A stretch of DNA of 64,000 nucleotides from Eledone cirrhosa. Lineage: Eukaryota. Positions 1 through 12,434 of the stretch are shown in pieces. Position 1 is the stretch's first letter. Each line of letters starts with the position of its first letter. The notes under the pieces were generated by a model. The model did no database searches and had not been told where the DNA came from. It worked only from the letters and a program-made list of their open reading frames with translations. The stretch spans positions 99,758,001-99,822,000 of the forward strand of contig OZ024744.1 in the NCBI GenBank assembly GCA_964016885.1. Reading direction: 5' to 3'. The position numbers and the translations under genes are program-made.

Positions 1-49
1 GGATCCTCTACTGGTTAGGAGTCATCAAAACCACGTTTTATTGAACCTG

Positions 50-180
50 ATTGTATATATATATATCATATGTATATATATATATATATATTTTATATGT
101 GTATATATGTGTTTTTTATATATATGTATGTATATATATATGTATATATTTTATGTATATATGTATATGTTTGTGTATTT

Positions 181-213
<33 letters not shown>

Positions 214-395
214 TATGTGTGTATATGTTTTATATATGTATATATATATATATATTTTATGTATATATATATATTTTATATATATGTATGTTCTGTGTAT
301 ATATATATATTTTATATATATATATATACTTGTGCGTACATACATACATAAATATATATATACACACCTGTATGGATTTGTGTGTATGTATGTGT
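50..395. repeat. Degenerate (TA)n/(TATG)n microsatellite
   Basis: Direct inspection; source of spurious YI-repeat ORFs. Confidence 0.9.
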
Positions 396-635
396 GAGTG
401 TCTGAAGGGGTAGCTGTGAGTGTATGGACAAGTCAACCAGCATAAACCTTTTATTTCTAAATTTTCTAAACTATCTAAGTTTTGGACTCTAACCATTATA
501 TTAAGTATTACCACCCCACGTTTTGTATGGGTGGATGTGTGTGTGTGTGTCTGTGGAGGTGGGTGTGAGTGTACGTGCAAGCCAACCTACATAAGTCTTT
601 TTATTTGTAAATTTTCTACTCTAACCATTTCAGTA

Positions 636-1272
636 GCCCCACTCCACATAATCAGATATCTATTTAAGGCTGTACATGGCTATGGTGCGACCACACTTAG
701 AATTTACATCACCAGTCTGGAACCCCTATCTTGCTCAGAACATTGACTGCCTGGAAACTGTTCAGAGACGTGCAACCAAGCGAATACCCTCCATCAGGCA
801 TCTACCATACTCTGAGCGCCTTGCTTCCCTGGGCATGGATACATTGAAGCTCCGACGCCTGGCAGCTGACTTGGTAAACACCCACAAAATTGTTAACCAT
901 GTTGCCAACAACAACCCTGAGTACCCTTTTGATTTCCATGTGTCTAACACACGTGGACATGCCCAGAAAGTCAGAAAACAGCACAGTTCCCATGACTTTT
1001 GGAAACATTTTTTCACGCTCAGAGTTGCTGAAGCATGGAACAAACTACCTTCGTCAGTTGTTAGCTGTCGAGACACTGCATCCTTTAAGGCCTCCATGCT
1101 TCCCGAGATCCGCCAACACTACAGCTAATGTTCCCCCTCCATACACATACACACATGTATACCATGACACTGTTCACTTCCCTGGCATTTGTGTATTATT
1201 CTATGTACTATACATACACCTTTGACGAGTTGTAGTGCACTTTACACAATAATTTCGTTATTATTATTATTA
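636..1272 (+). mobile_element. CR1-clade LINE, 5'-truncated 3' end
   Basis: ORF 676-1128 VRPHLEF..PVWNPY..LETVQRRATK..TRGH..FFTLRV..WNKLP is a CR1 ORF2 C-terminus; 3' UTR ends in (TTA)n. Confidence 0.85.
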
Positions 1273-1584
1273 TAAATTCCTCAATTTAAGAATGACCTGT
1301 AGTATCTATTTCATACTATTAACCTTAATTGAATATATGACCAGGAATGCTTTTTGTGAAAATCAGTCATATGGAACTATTGTCATCTTGCCTGATGGTT
1401 TGAATAACACCACCTGCCTCTTTGAAGTCAAATACCAACCCTACTAGCATCTACAAACTGACCATTGAGAATCAAGACTATTCCTGCTGACAACATTAAA
1501 TTATTCCTAACAAGCTCATATGTCCCAAGGCTCTGATACAATCAACACTATAAACACAGAGCTGGCATATCTAAGAACTGACTA

Positions 1585-1640
1585 ACTGCCTGATGAGGTC
1601 ATAGCCACTCAATGGCTATCATCGAAATATATATAGCACT
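1585..1640 (+). ncRNA. Type I hammerhead ribozyme (minimal, PLE-type)
   Basis: tgc-CTGATGA-stem II (atagcca/tggctat)-GAAA-tatata-TA-gca, followed by AATAAA. Confidence 0.7.
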
Positions 1641-1685
1641 AAATAAAGGATTATGAGTTCATGCAATTGACTTATGTTTCGTCAC

Positions 1686-1723
<38 letters not shown>

Positions 1724-2098
1724 TAAATTGAAACAAAATGAAAACAAAATTTCATTTCTCACTCTTAGTATGGCACTTACTTAAATGTAAGTATGCATGT
1801 ATACGTACATACATATATGTATACAGACGTACAGTAGCATGCACATATATATATATATATACATACTACTGTACGTCTGTATACATATATGTATGTACGT
1901 ATACATGCATACTTACATTTAATTAAGTGCCATACTAAGAGTGAGAAATGAAATTTTGTTTTCATTTTGTTTCAATTTATCGTTTTCGGTATGCCTGACC
2001 GATTTAACTCACTCAATATGCAAATTAGGCTGCTCAGCCGTTAATTTTCATAAGGAAAGTATATACTTTCGAACGTTCAACTATCTGGCAGATGGGTA

Positions 2099-2143
2099 AA
2101 CGGTGCTGATGATAGCTAACAAGCTTGAAACTAGTACATCGTT
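2099..2143 (+). ncRNA. Minimal type I hammerhead ribozyme
   Basis: aacggtg-CTGATGA-t agct aaca agct t-GAAA-ctag-TA-catcgtt; 7-bp stem I. Confidence 0.85.
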
Positions 2144-2562
2144 CCTGTGTCAGTGTTGAACAAAAAGGTGACGTGGTTGCCTTAACACCGTATGGCATAA
2201 ATTCAGGCTGTTCAGTTTGTTTACAAACGAACAAAGCGACGTTATAATAAGCGCCGCTAAACTGATACGTGCATATATGTATGTGTACCTGTATGCATAT
2301 GTATATATATATGTATATATATGTGCATGCTACTGTACGTCTGTATACATATATGTATGTACGTATACATGCATACTTACATTTAAGTAAGTGCCATACT
2401 AAGAGTGAGAAATGAAATTTTGTTTTCATTTTGTTTCAATTTATCGTTTTCGGTATGCCTGACCGATTTAACTCACTCAATATGCAAATTAGGCTGCTCA
2501 GCCGTTAATTTTCATAAGGAAAGTATATACTTTCGAACGTTCAACTATCTGGCAGATGGGTA

Positions 2563-2607
2563 AACGGTGCTGATGATAGCTAACAAGCTTGAAACTAGTA
2601 CATCGTT
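2563..2607 (+). ncRNA. Minimal type I hammerhead ribozyme (second tandem copy)
   Basis: Identical to 2099-2143, 464 bp downstream. Confidence 0.85.
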
Positions 2608-2924
2608 CCTGTGTCAGTGTTGAACAAAAAGGTGACGTGGTTGCCTTAACACCGTATGGCATAAATTCAGGCTGTTCAGTTTGTTTACAAACGAACAAAG
2701 CGACGTTATAATAAGCGCCGCTAAACTGATACGTGCATATATGTATGTGTACCTGTATGCATATGTATATATATATGTATATATATATATATATGTGCAT
2801 GCTACTGTACGTCTGTATACATATATGTATGTACGTATACATGCATACTTATATATACATATATATATATATATATTATTCAGAATAATAATAAATGAAG
2901 ACAGCTACATAATCAAAATATAGG

Positions 2925-2986
2925 TTTTATTATATATATTTCAAAGGTACTGTGCTGCTTTTTCAGTACGTCCTCGTCAGATAAAA
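2925..2986 (-). ncRNA. Type I hammerhead ribozyme
   Basis: Minus strand: ttttat-CTGACGA-stem II (gtactg/cagtac)-GAAA-tatata-TA-ataaaa. Confidence 0.7.
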
Positions 2987-3106
2987 TACATGAATTGATG
3001 TATGACATACCTAAACGGTCTTGATAGTTCAATTCCAGTATTGGCATTCCAATACTGGAATTGAACCATAAAGACAGTTGAGGTATGTCATACATCAATT
3101 CATGTA

Positions 3107-3168
3107 TTTTATCTGACGAGGACGTACCGAAAAAGCAGCACAGTACCTTTGAAATATATATAATAAAA
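3107..3168 (+). ncRNA. Type I hammerhead ribozyme
   Basis: ttttat-CTGACGA-..gtac..gtac..-GAAA-tatata-TA-ataaaa. Confidence 0.7.
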
Positions 3169-3338
3169 CACATATTTTGATTATGTGAATGTCTTCATTT
3201 ATTATTATTCTGAATAATAATAACTCCAGAAAACTTTATTGTAGAGTGCTTTTAATCTATTGTAAAACTATATTCATTGAGTAATCAATGAACCATATTA
3301 ATCTTTGGTTATATATATACATATATATATATATATAC

Positions 3339-3369
<31 letters not shown>

Positions 3370-3384
3370 CATATATATATACAT

Positions 3385-3871
3385 ATCAGCTTGAGATCGG
3401 TGTGGAAGGCGGACCTTCGTAGAGACCTGAAAATCCGCCTCTTCATTGCTGTAGTGGAGTCTGTGCTGCTGTATGGGTCTGAGACTTGGACACTGGCCAA
3501 GAAACTCACTCAGATGGTGGATGGGTGCTACACGAGAATGCTGAGGATGGCTCTGAACATTAATCAGTATACACTGAGGATGAAAAACTCAGAGCTGTAT
3601 GGGAGCATCCCAAAAGTCAGCTCAAAAGTGACACAGAGGAGACTGAGGTTAGCTGGACATGCTCACCGACATCCAGAGTTGACATTGCACTCAGTACTCC
3701 TTTGGGAGCCCCTACATGGACACACTAGAAGAGGAAGACCAAGGTTAACGTATGTTGATGCCCTAAAGACAGACACTGGTCTGTTGGAGATGCAGGGCAT
3801 GGCAGCGATAATGAGGGACAGAGACCGCTGGAGAGAACTCGTCCATGGATTTCGGGAATTTTAACCGCCTT

Positions 3872-3872
<1 letters not shown>
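3385..3872 (+). mobile_element. RTE-clade LINE 3' fragment
   Basis: ORF 3391-3864 ..VESVLLYGSETWTL..RRLRLAGH..RGRPRLTY..DRDRWR; flanked by (TA)n. Confidence 0.8.
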
Positions 3873-3957
<85 letters not shown>

Positions 3958-3961
<4 letters not shown>

Positions 3962-4255
3962 AGGGAGTGTAACATGAAGTTACTGTAGGTTCACCCAGGT
4001 GAGCACTCGATGTTTAGATTCACGTCAGTAGTGAGGTGTAAAGCTAAACAGAGTGTAAATATAAAAATACAAGGACAATTTGTTATGTCTTCATTACGTT
4101 TATTGATTGGTCACATGCGTTTCGTTATTAATCAGCTCAAGGTTTGATCTGTATTGAGCTAGTCCGACTCTGGAATCAAAAGCTCGTCGGACCTCTGCTG
4201 CATATATAATAACTGTAATGTCAGTTTCATGACCGCATAGCCACACATCTCTCTT
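3958..4255 (-). mobile_element. Short PLE-type element with degenerate HHR (4109-4193)
   Basis: Homologous to 63604-63830 and 56683-56757; minus strand ggt-CCGACGA-long stem II-GAAA-cgcatg-tg-acc. Confidence 0.55.
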
Positions 4256-4461
4256 AACTTTTGAAAATCATGAAACTTGTGAAATTGACAAAGTTATATG
4301 TTATTGTAAATAAACCTTCTAAAAGACTCCAATTGCATTTTCGAATTCTTTTTCCTTTATTTTTACCCATGTCGGATATATTTGAAAAGAATCTTACTTT
4401 CAAATAAATATGTAAATATATATAAGTCCCACCCTTGCAAACAGGGAAAAGCGGATTTAAA

Positions 4462-4493
<32 letters not shown>

Positions 4494-4568
4494 ATGTGTG
4501 TGTGTGTGTGAATGCATGTGTGTGTATGTTTATTTGTACAGATTAAAAGTTTAAAGATACAATTTTTG

Positions 4569-4620
4569 AGTTTCAGAAGATCCTGCTTTAGGCTGAAAGC
4601 AGAAGTTGTTTGTTTAAACT
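4569..4620 (+). ncRNA. Hammerhead-like RNA with CAGAAGA core
   Basis: agttt-CAGAAGA-t cct gcttt agg ct-GAAA-gcag..ttgt-TT-aaact. Confidence 0.6.
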
Positions 4621-4791
4621 TGTAATCTGCGTTAACGATAAATATTTGGTTTATTTGTATTCATGCCTAAAGTAGAAACAATTATTACTACTATATATAT
4701 ATATATAGGTGTAGAGGTGCAAGATATATATATATATATATCATATATTAAGCTATGCTAGCGTGGAAAAATGGACGTTATACGATGATGA

Positions 4792-4825
<34 letters not shown>

Positions 4826-5007
4826 AGACACAAAGCAGGCTTTGTTTACAAACAGCTACCGAATTTGAACATTAGGTAGTAACATGTGCTTATGCCGTAT
4901 TTGACTAAATAGAATTAGTCTGTTAGTTGGGATTTTAAAAAAAAAAACCTCTGAGTGGAAAAAAAAGTGGAGTTTTAACATACATGGGACACAAACCCAC
5001 ATCTTTG

Positions 5008-5887
5008 GTTTAGGAGAAACAAATACTAGGTGTGAAGTATAGAAAAATGAAGAATTTAATCAAAAGTTCGATCTTTAACATATGTTTTAATACAATATGA
5101 GTCTACATAATGCTGCCTAAAATAGAAACAATTATTATTATGCCCATTCGGGTGTGGATTGCCAGTATCGGTAGAGAGTCGGACGCCATGCTTTCCAACA
5201 TAGTTACGTCCTCCCTTTACGATCTGAGTTCAAATCCCGCCGAGGTTAACTTTGCCTTTCATCCTTACGGGGTCGATAAAATAAAGTACCAGTAATGTAC
5301 TGGGTATTTGATGGCCTTGTGCCAAAAGTAGAAACAATTATTATTATGCCCATTCATTAGCAATACATTAAACATTGCATTTCTTCAGAAAGATTTCAAA
5401 AAGAGTTTAAAGTATGAGGTTTGTCACATCTTTCAGTGAAGATAGCAGTAGAAATATCTTCACTGCAAGATGCGACAAACTTACTTCGTACTTTAAATTC
5501 TTTTTGAAATCTTTCTGAAGAAATGCAATGTTTAATGTATTGCTAATGAATGGGCATAATAATAATTGTTTCTACGTTTGGCACAAGGCCAGCAAATACC
5601 CAGTGCATTACTGGTACTTTATTTTATCGACCCCCGTAAGGATGAAAGGCAAAGTTAACCTCGGCGGGATTTGAACTCAGAATGGCAAGGGCCGTAACTC
5701 TATACGTCAAATCATGGCGTCCGACCCTCTCCCAATACTGCCAATCCACCGCTCTATGGGCATAATAATAATATTATGCAACCAGCATATAGACTCATAG
5801 TGTATTAAAACATATGTTAAAGATCAAACTTTTGATAAAATTCTTCCCTTCTTTTCTATACTTCACGCCTAGTATTTGTTTCTCCTA
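5008..5887. repeat. ~880-bp fold-back palindrome with a SINE nested in each arm
   Basis: Arms taggagaaacaaatactagg / cctagtatttgtttctccta; apex ~5450; SINEs at ~5150-5345 (+) and ~5560-5752 (-). Confidence 0.85.
5150..5345 (+). mobile_element. tRNA-type SINE family A
   Basis: B-box-like GAGTTCAAATCCC and conserved GCCTTTCATCC..GGGGTCGATAAAATAAAGTACCAG; more than 12 copies in the window (e.g. 5560, 6820, 25350, 45945, 48610, 49030, 55670, 57145, 58757, 59220). Confidence 0.8.
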
Positions 5888-6077
5888 TACATTTAAAAAT
5901 ATTATTACTCCGTGATCTTCCATCTGGATACTATAATCTGATCCCTCTTATTGGACTGTTACTGTAACCTACAAGGACCATGTTGAGAAAAATACTTTGG
6001 TAAGCAATCTTACTTTTGTTTTTTACACTTATCTACACAAACAAACTTTACTTGTACATTTATTCATATACATATAC

Positions 6078-6137
<60 letters not shown>

Positions 6138-6213
6138 CGAAGGAAATGTGGCAAGGAACCAGGTGGACCATAACGCACCAAAGTACTCAATACTTAGGGT
6201 AGTAGAGTGGGTA

Positions 6214-6292
6214 ATAGGAACCAGTAAGACCCCGACGGCTGAGCTCAAGCCGTCGAAACGGCTTGAGCTCAGCCGTCGGGGTCTTACTGGTT

Positions 6293-6297
<5 letters not shown>
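6214..6297. repeat. Perfect 40-bp-arm hairpin containing the 3' half of an HHR
   Basis: Apex cgaa; right arm GAAA-cggct tgagctc agccg-TC-gggg; family also at 40345-40580. Confidence 0.75.
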
Positions 6298-6334
<37 letters not shown>

Positions 6335-6437
6335 GATATATATATATGATGTATGTATTAATTAAGTAAATATTAAGTAAACATTAACACAGGTTCTACT
6401 TTTCTATACTTCAATTCCAATTTATTGAATAACCAAA

Positions 6438-6508
6438 CATTATGCACATTTCAGAGGCACCTGCTAATTGTTACGTAACAATAACATAGTCGGACACATC
6501 ATCAGACA
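6438..6508 (-). ncRNA. Degenerate type I hammerhead ribozyme
   Basis: Minus strand: tgt-CTGATGA-long stem II-GAAA-tgtgca-TA-atg, then AATAAA; weak stem I. Confidence 0.45.
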
Positions 6509-6971
6509 GAATTTTAAAGGTAAACAAATGAAAAAGTCTTCTTTTGTCTCCTTTTTGCCTTCCCCCCTTTTTTTTTTATTTTTATCTGTCTGTAGCTGTA
6601 AGGGGGACTAGATACCTCCCCTTATCTGTAGTGGCTAACAAGCTCTGTGGTCCCGTAACTCCTGACAGAGTCGTAGACGTGCCATATTAACATATGGCAT
6701 TTCTTGAGCATTTTAAGCCTGGCGGAGCCCATCCTTCTCCAGGCCTCAGTATAGCAGATTTCTTCCAGAGAGAGATAGACAGTGAAAGAGAGAAAACGAG
6801 AAAGAGATATAGAGGAAGAATTGACCCCAGTACTAAACTGGTACTTTTCTTTATCAACCTTGGAAGGATGAAAGGCAAAGTTAACCTTGGCGGAATTTGA
6901 ACTGAGAGAGCAAAGAGCCAGAATAAATACCATAAAGTAGTCTATGACTGACAATTTGCCACTTATTTGCC

Positions 6972-7351
6972 ACGTTTAACTAAATATATGTTTCAAGTGG
7001 TTTACTTAGTTGCACCATGGAACACTATCAGCCTTAATCTCCTTTCAAATTCGCAGCTACAGTGTAGATGATGATACATATGTAATACATGGAATATACA
7101 CAGGCACATATATATATATTCACTCACACACATACATATATATTTAGACATATATATACATACATAATATGCACACACACTCTCTCTGTCTCTACCCTCT
7201 CTCTCATGTCCCCTTGCCGCTTATACTGACGTTTAACTAAATATATGTTTCAAGTGGTTTACTTAGTTACACCATGGAACACTATCAGCCTTAATCTCCC
7301 TTCAAATTCGCAACTACAGTGTAGATGATGATACATATGTAATACATGGAA
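6972..7351 (+). repeat. ~122-bp direct duplication (6972-7093 / 7229-7351)
   Basis: acgtttaactaaatatatg...gtaatacatggaa occurs twice. Confidence 0.8.
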
Positions 7352-7666
7352 GTTTTCATCACAGAATTGTCTCATATGTCTGTTAATGTCACCACCGACA
7401 GTAATAAGGTCACTGCCATCTGTCATCAACGTAAGAGAACTTCAACCTGAAGAAATGCCCTTTTTAGTCACCTGTCAGTTCTGTTCATGGTACCATATTG
7501 TACAATACATGCTGAGGGATCACTTACTGCTGTCGTGTGGCCAATTGTTGTGTCACATACTCACACTACCTCAATTCATTTATTTACCCCCCTTTTATTC
7601 TGCTAACAATATGGCTGCTACACCTATTCTCCGCTCCTAAATAACGGGGGTGGGGTGGGTGGAATA

Positions 7667-7699
<33 letters not shown>

Positions 7700-7729
7700 G
7701 TGTGTGTATGGGGGGGGGAATAAGTGAGT

Positions 7730-8065
7730 CATCATCATCATCATCATCACCGTTTTACGTCAATGTTTCCACGCTAGCATAGGTTAGACAGGTTGTCCTG
7801 TTGTGGGCAATGCCAGGTCAAGTGACCTTGTCTTGCTCATATGGGAACTGATTTTGGCTTGATTTCTACAGCTGGATGCCCTTCCTAACACTAACTTCAT
7901 TTACAGTGAGTGCTGGGTGCTTTTTTACCATGACACCTACACGACCACTTTACAGTGTGGGCTGGGTGCTTTTTTTGTTGTGACACCTACACGACCACTT
8001 TACAGTGGGAGGGGCGTGGGGGCATATTGTCTATATGCTTCAGCTTTGGCTTGTACCCCTGGGGT
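7730..8065 (-). mobile_element. RTE LINE 3'-UTR-derived short element (family C) with (GAT)n tail
   Basis: GGAAGGGCATCCAGCTGTAGAAA motif; many copies (e.g. 12705, 33260, 33495, 41700, 42445, 47350, 53385, 57695, 60160, 63235). Confidence 0.75.
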
Positions 8066-8725
8066 GGGATATTTGCTTAAATTCTTATAATCGAGGCTGT
8101 TGGAATAAACGAGGAGTGGAGAATCGGTAAATGTTTTTTTAATGTAAAATGATATTATTCTTAGATTCTCCAGCTGCTGTATCAATATGAATCACTTACA
8201 ATAAAATTTCGCTGGAGATAGATTAGCAAAACTTAATAAGCGGGGTTGGGTAGGGGGGATAAAAGTGGGGTGCGTTGGAAAAAAATCTAAAAAAATTAAT
8301 AAGGGGGAGGGGTTCAAGACCTGAGAGTTTTTGACATCTGTTGTAAGCTGAAGGCTCATTAGGCCGGTGCTTATCCCCAGTTTCTTTGACATTAAGCAAC
8401 TGAGAGTACAATACACTCCCTGGATAGAGTGCCAGTCTATCACAGGATTAACTCCCCAGCAACTGCTGGTACACACTGTCAGCTAAGTGTTATCCACTCA
8501 GGAAAATTTTTATCTGCATTCCACATCTTTAAAGAGTCTGACTGAGGCTCTCCACCCTCTTACAGTACACATACACCCACCTCTCCAGCCCTGCATTTTT
8601 GCAGTCTCACCAGATCTACCTTTCATCATACCAACATTAATGGTAGCAGCTCTAAAATGTTGCACCTGATAACAGAAAATGTAGCACCATTTAATGTCTA
8701 CTTTCCTTGCTTCCATGGTTTAGAT

Positions 8726-9064
8726 CAGGGGTTCTCAACCCTTTTTTCGCTGTGGACCACCAAAATAAGTAATTTTTTTCCTGTGGACCACCTAAACTTT
8801 TAAATCTTTTGTAATAGAACTGCTGCTTATAAGCATCAGTAGATGTTTTTTTTCAATGAATTAGAAAATGCTGTTATCATGTCGCAGTGCCTAAAAATTT
8901 ACGCAAATAAACATCTGAAGTCGCACTTATGCGAAGAATAAGAACATCGCTTTAAGTCAAATGCATGGATCAAAAAAGAATTTGGTATTGAAAATTTTCT
9001 GTGGACCACCTGAATATTCCTGTGGGCCACTAGTGGTCCACATGGACCAGGTTGAGAACCCCTG
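8726..9064. mobile_element. hAT-type MITE
   Basis: TIR CAGGGGTTCTCAACC/GGTTGAGAACCCCTG; perfect 8-bp TSD GTTTAGAT. Confidence 0.9.
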
Positions 9065-9728
9065 GTTTAGATGACTGACATGATAAGGCCAGACCACTCA
9101 GCTATCTTGGTCCTGCTAGCACACTTTGTTTTGGTTTGGTTTCTATGGCTAGGTAGGTGCCCTTCCTAACACCAACCAATTTACACCATGAACTGGGAAC
9201 ATTTCATCATAGCGCAAGCATTACCACTTTACATAGTGGACTGGGTGGTTTTCACTGTAACACCAGTACTACCACCTTACAGAGTGGACTGGGTGCTTTT
9301 GTAGTGGTGCCAGCCCCTACCACCTAACAGGGTAGACTGGGTGCTTTTCGTCAAGGCACCAGCACCAGCACTACTATGTTACAGGATGAATTGGGTGCTT
9401 TTGTAGTGTCACCAGTGCTACCTCATTAGAACAGTAAGATGCTCAGTTTACTTAGTCTTATTGGGGAAGCATTGGTATGGATTAGAACTGTGGGTGGGGG
9501 AGACATTTATATAATAAAATGTGTTTTTAATTACCGGAATCCAGTGCATATTACGACCTGCCAAGAAGTAACCTTTGACACTTCCTCTATTTCGACAGGA
9601 GGCCTGAAATAAAGAAAATAGTTAAACAATATTTATTATTTTCATTTGGTGTTTTGAAATTTATCAAATATTATTACCATAATCCAAATTATTATTTACA
9701 ACAAAAAGAAAATGTATAGAAACATTTG

Positions 9729-9948
9729 TTAATCCTTTAACTGGCCATATCAGGCCATAATTCTCTCACCTCTTTCTGTTCAAACTGGCCATAACTGGCC
9801 ACTGATAGTGATGTTAAGGTATTGTTCTCAAAATATATAATATCAAAATCTCATTAATTCAATATTATGTAAGAAAATTATGTAAGATAAGCCTTTACTG
9901 TGAAAATGCAATAGTATGTATAGAGTAATGTAAATGCTAAAGGGTTAA
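9729..9948. mobile_element. piggyBac-type MITE
   Basis: TTAA flanks; CCTTTA/TAAAGGG termini; same family as 30393, 39194, 46521, 61158. Confidence 0.7.
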
Positions 9949-10129
9949 AGTACATTTTATTAGAGCTTTCAAAGGCTTTGTTTAAAAATATCTTTATAAA
10001 TATTTTTAGGTGAAAACTTTTTAAAAATAACTTTAAAGGCATTTGGTTGCTCAAAATTATAAGATGAAGACATATTGCCAGCAATACATGTAAACAGGGC
10101 TATATTTAGACATTAGGGGTCCCTGGGCA

Positions 10130-10495
10130 GATCGTGGTTTGATTCAGGTTTGGAGGGCCATAGGCAAATCAGTTTTGGGGTCCTTTGGCAATTCAGGTTT
10201 GTGGGTCCCTATGCAGGTCAGGTTGGAGGCCCCAGGGCAGTTCTGTTTTTTTTTTAGAGGGGGGGGGGAGTTCAGGCTTGATGGCCCCAAGGCAGTTCAG
10301 GTTGGAGGTTATGATTGTTCATGGTAGGGGACTCCGGGGCTGTTCAGGTTTGGAGGGCTCTAAGCAGTTCAGGTTTGGCTCCCTTGGAAATTCAGGTTTG
10401 GGGCTCCCCAGGGCAGTTCAGGTTTGGGGGTGGGCAGTTCAGGCTTGGAGGTCCCTAGTCAGCTCAGGTTTGAGGGGCTCCAGGGCAGTTCAGGA
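10130..10495. repeat. Degenerate G-rich minisatellite (ggcagttcaggtttgggg core)
   Basis: About a dozen imperfect copies of the core. Confidence 0.65.
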
Positions 10496-11935
10496 ACCCC
10501 ATTTTGGCTGCTTGTATTTGTGATCGTATTCTTTTGGTCATTACCCAAGGTTCATGACCATAGGTAAGGGTTGGCATGAATACTGAATTGAAGAAGGTGA
10601 TTTTGGCTTTTACGCCTACCTCCCTTCTTCTGATTACTGAATGCTGAAGCTGGAGCATTACTGCACCAGCTCCTGCATTCAGCCTCTTGCCTTCCATCAT
10701 TCATGAACATGGCTCCAAGATACTTGAACTTCTCTACCTGATTCAGTGTAACTCCATTCACATGTAGAGTGTAGTGGGCAGGCTTCCTTGAGAGAACGAG
10801 TGTCTCAGTTTTCGCAGCACTGATTTTTATTCCAGCCATGCAGCACTCGGCATCAAACCTATCAAGTGCAAGTTGAAGATTACTTTCTGTCAAGTAAGTA
10901 ACACCATCTCATCTGCAAATTCCAGTTGACTGATTTTACACCTGCCAGTCATGATACCACTTCCAACATGGCTGCGCCTGTCAATCCTGTTCATGTAAAT
11001 AATGAACAGAAGAGGTGACAGTACTCACTCTTTATGGAGTCCTACTCCTACATTGAAACAATCTCTCTTGTCTTCCTGTCTGAAAATTGGTATTATCACT
11101 TCTGATTGCCATTGCTTAGGTGCCTTTCCAGAGACCCAGGCCACCCAGCACACACAAGTCAGCCAAAGAATACCTTCTCTATTTAAGGCTTTTAACATCT
11201 TGGGCCAGATTTTATCTTCCCTAGTGACCTTGCCACATTTGAGTCTTTAACTGTTCTTGTGACCTCAGTCTCAGAGAGATTAGTCACTGTTCCAAGATGC
11301 ACCTTGTGTACTTCAGAAGATGCTATTGTAGTCAGATTTAGGAGATCAGCAAAGTATTCTCTTCACCTCATGAGGATGCCCCTCTCTGAAGAGGAGAACC
11401 CCTGACACATTCCTTATAGCATGTGTGGAGGAGGACTTCTTATTACAAAGTTAGCAGATGGCCTGCCAGAACACTTTATTTGCTGATCTGAAGTCTAACT
11501 CCAGCTTAACCCCAAAATCCTCCCATGTCATAACTTTGGATGTCTTTATTGTCTCTGCTGCAATTCTTTGTGCCTGTTTGTACCACAAACGCAAGAAGGA
11601 GGACTTATTTCCTAACCAAGCTTTGTAAGCCTCTTTCTTTGCTCAGATGGCATCTTTGACCTCTTGATTGAACAAAGGGGTCCTCCTGCAATCCAGTGCC
11701 ACACTAGGATTCTTTTACCCACAACATTTAACAGCTGAAGCAGAAATTGCTTTGCTGAACAATCTCCACTCCATCTCAACATCATCAATTTGCTCTGGAA
11801 GTTCTCTGAATTTGGATGCAATAGTATCTACATACCTGGTCCTGACTTCTTTATCCACCAATGCTTCCCACTTTATCCTGTAGGTCGCTCTGGACCTACA
11901 GAATAAAGTGGGAAGCATTGGTAGGTCCAGAGTGA
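10495..11935 (-). mobile_element. Decayed RTE-clade LINE
   Basis: Minus-strand fragments LQLALDRF..ECCMAGIKISAAKTE..VEKFKYLG and FMPTLTYGHEPW; many stops and frameshifts. Confidence 0.75.
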
Positions 11936-12434
11936 CCTACAGAATAAAGTGGGAAACATTGGTGGATAAGCCGACCCAAAATGTTTGTAAACCGAAACTA
12001 TTTTTCCCATATAAAATGTTGAGAGAAAAATACAGTGAGAGAGAGAGAGACTCTATGAAAGACAGATAGATATAACAATAGTGTCTAACTATGTAACAAG
12101 TGACGCTTTCCCTCCAATACTCCAAGCTAGTCATTGCCAGCTTGTGTGTTCGTTACTCGAGACACCATTTTGTTAATGATAAGAGGCATTCATGAACCGA
12201 GGTTCCACTGTATATATCAAAATATTAAAATTTTGGGATGATCTAAATTGTACCTGGCCATTACTCAACAGCTGGCAGACATAACATGAGTGCATGAAAC
12301 TTTGTTATGTCAACAAGTGTATTCTTGTTCTATCTTATCTATAAATTAACATAAACACACATTTATCAACTGTCACACCTTGTGTGTCTATGTGTGTGTA
12401 TGTATGTATATATATATATATATATATGTATAGA

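Larger units (their letters stand above)
1723..2850 (+). mobile_element. Retrozyme-like tandem array (~2.1 x 464 bp) with inverted 5' head
   Basis: Direct repeat with period 464 (1867/2331; next copy at 2803); 1723-1840 is the reverse complement of ~1865-1980; one HHR per unit; flanked by (TA)n. Confidence 0.8.
2873..3220. repeat. Fold-back palindrome of a PLE-derived element
   Basis: ~170-bp inverted arms with apex near 3046; an HHR in each arm. Confidence 0.85.

Noticed and set aside
7366-7451. Possible plus-strand terminal exon after ttttcatcacag (..LSHMSVNVTTDSNKVTAICHQRKRTST*)
   Set aside because: No recognisable homology or partner exons; needs RNA-seq
11970-12212. Tc1/pogo-like TIR (CAGTGGAACCTCG on the minus strand) next to TA; similar single mariner-like end near 56930
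   Set aside because: Only one terminus found in each case, so element bounds cannot be supported
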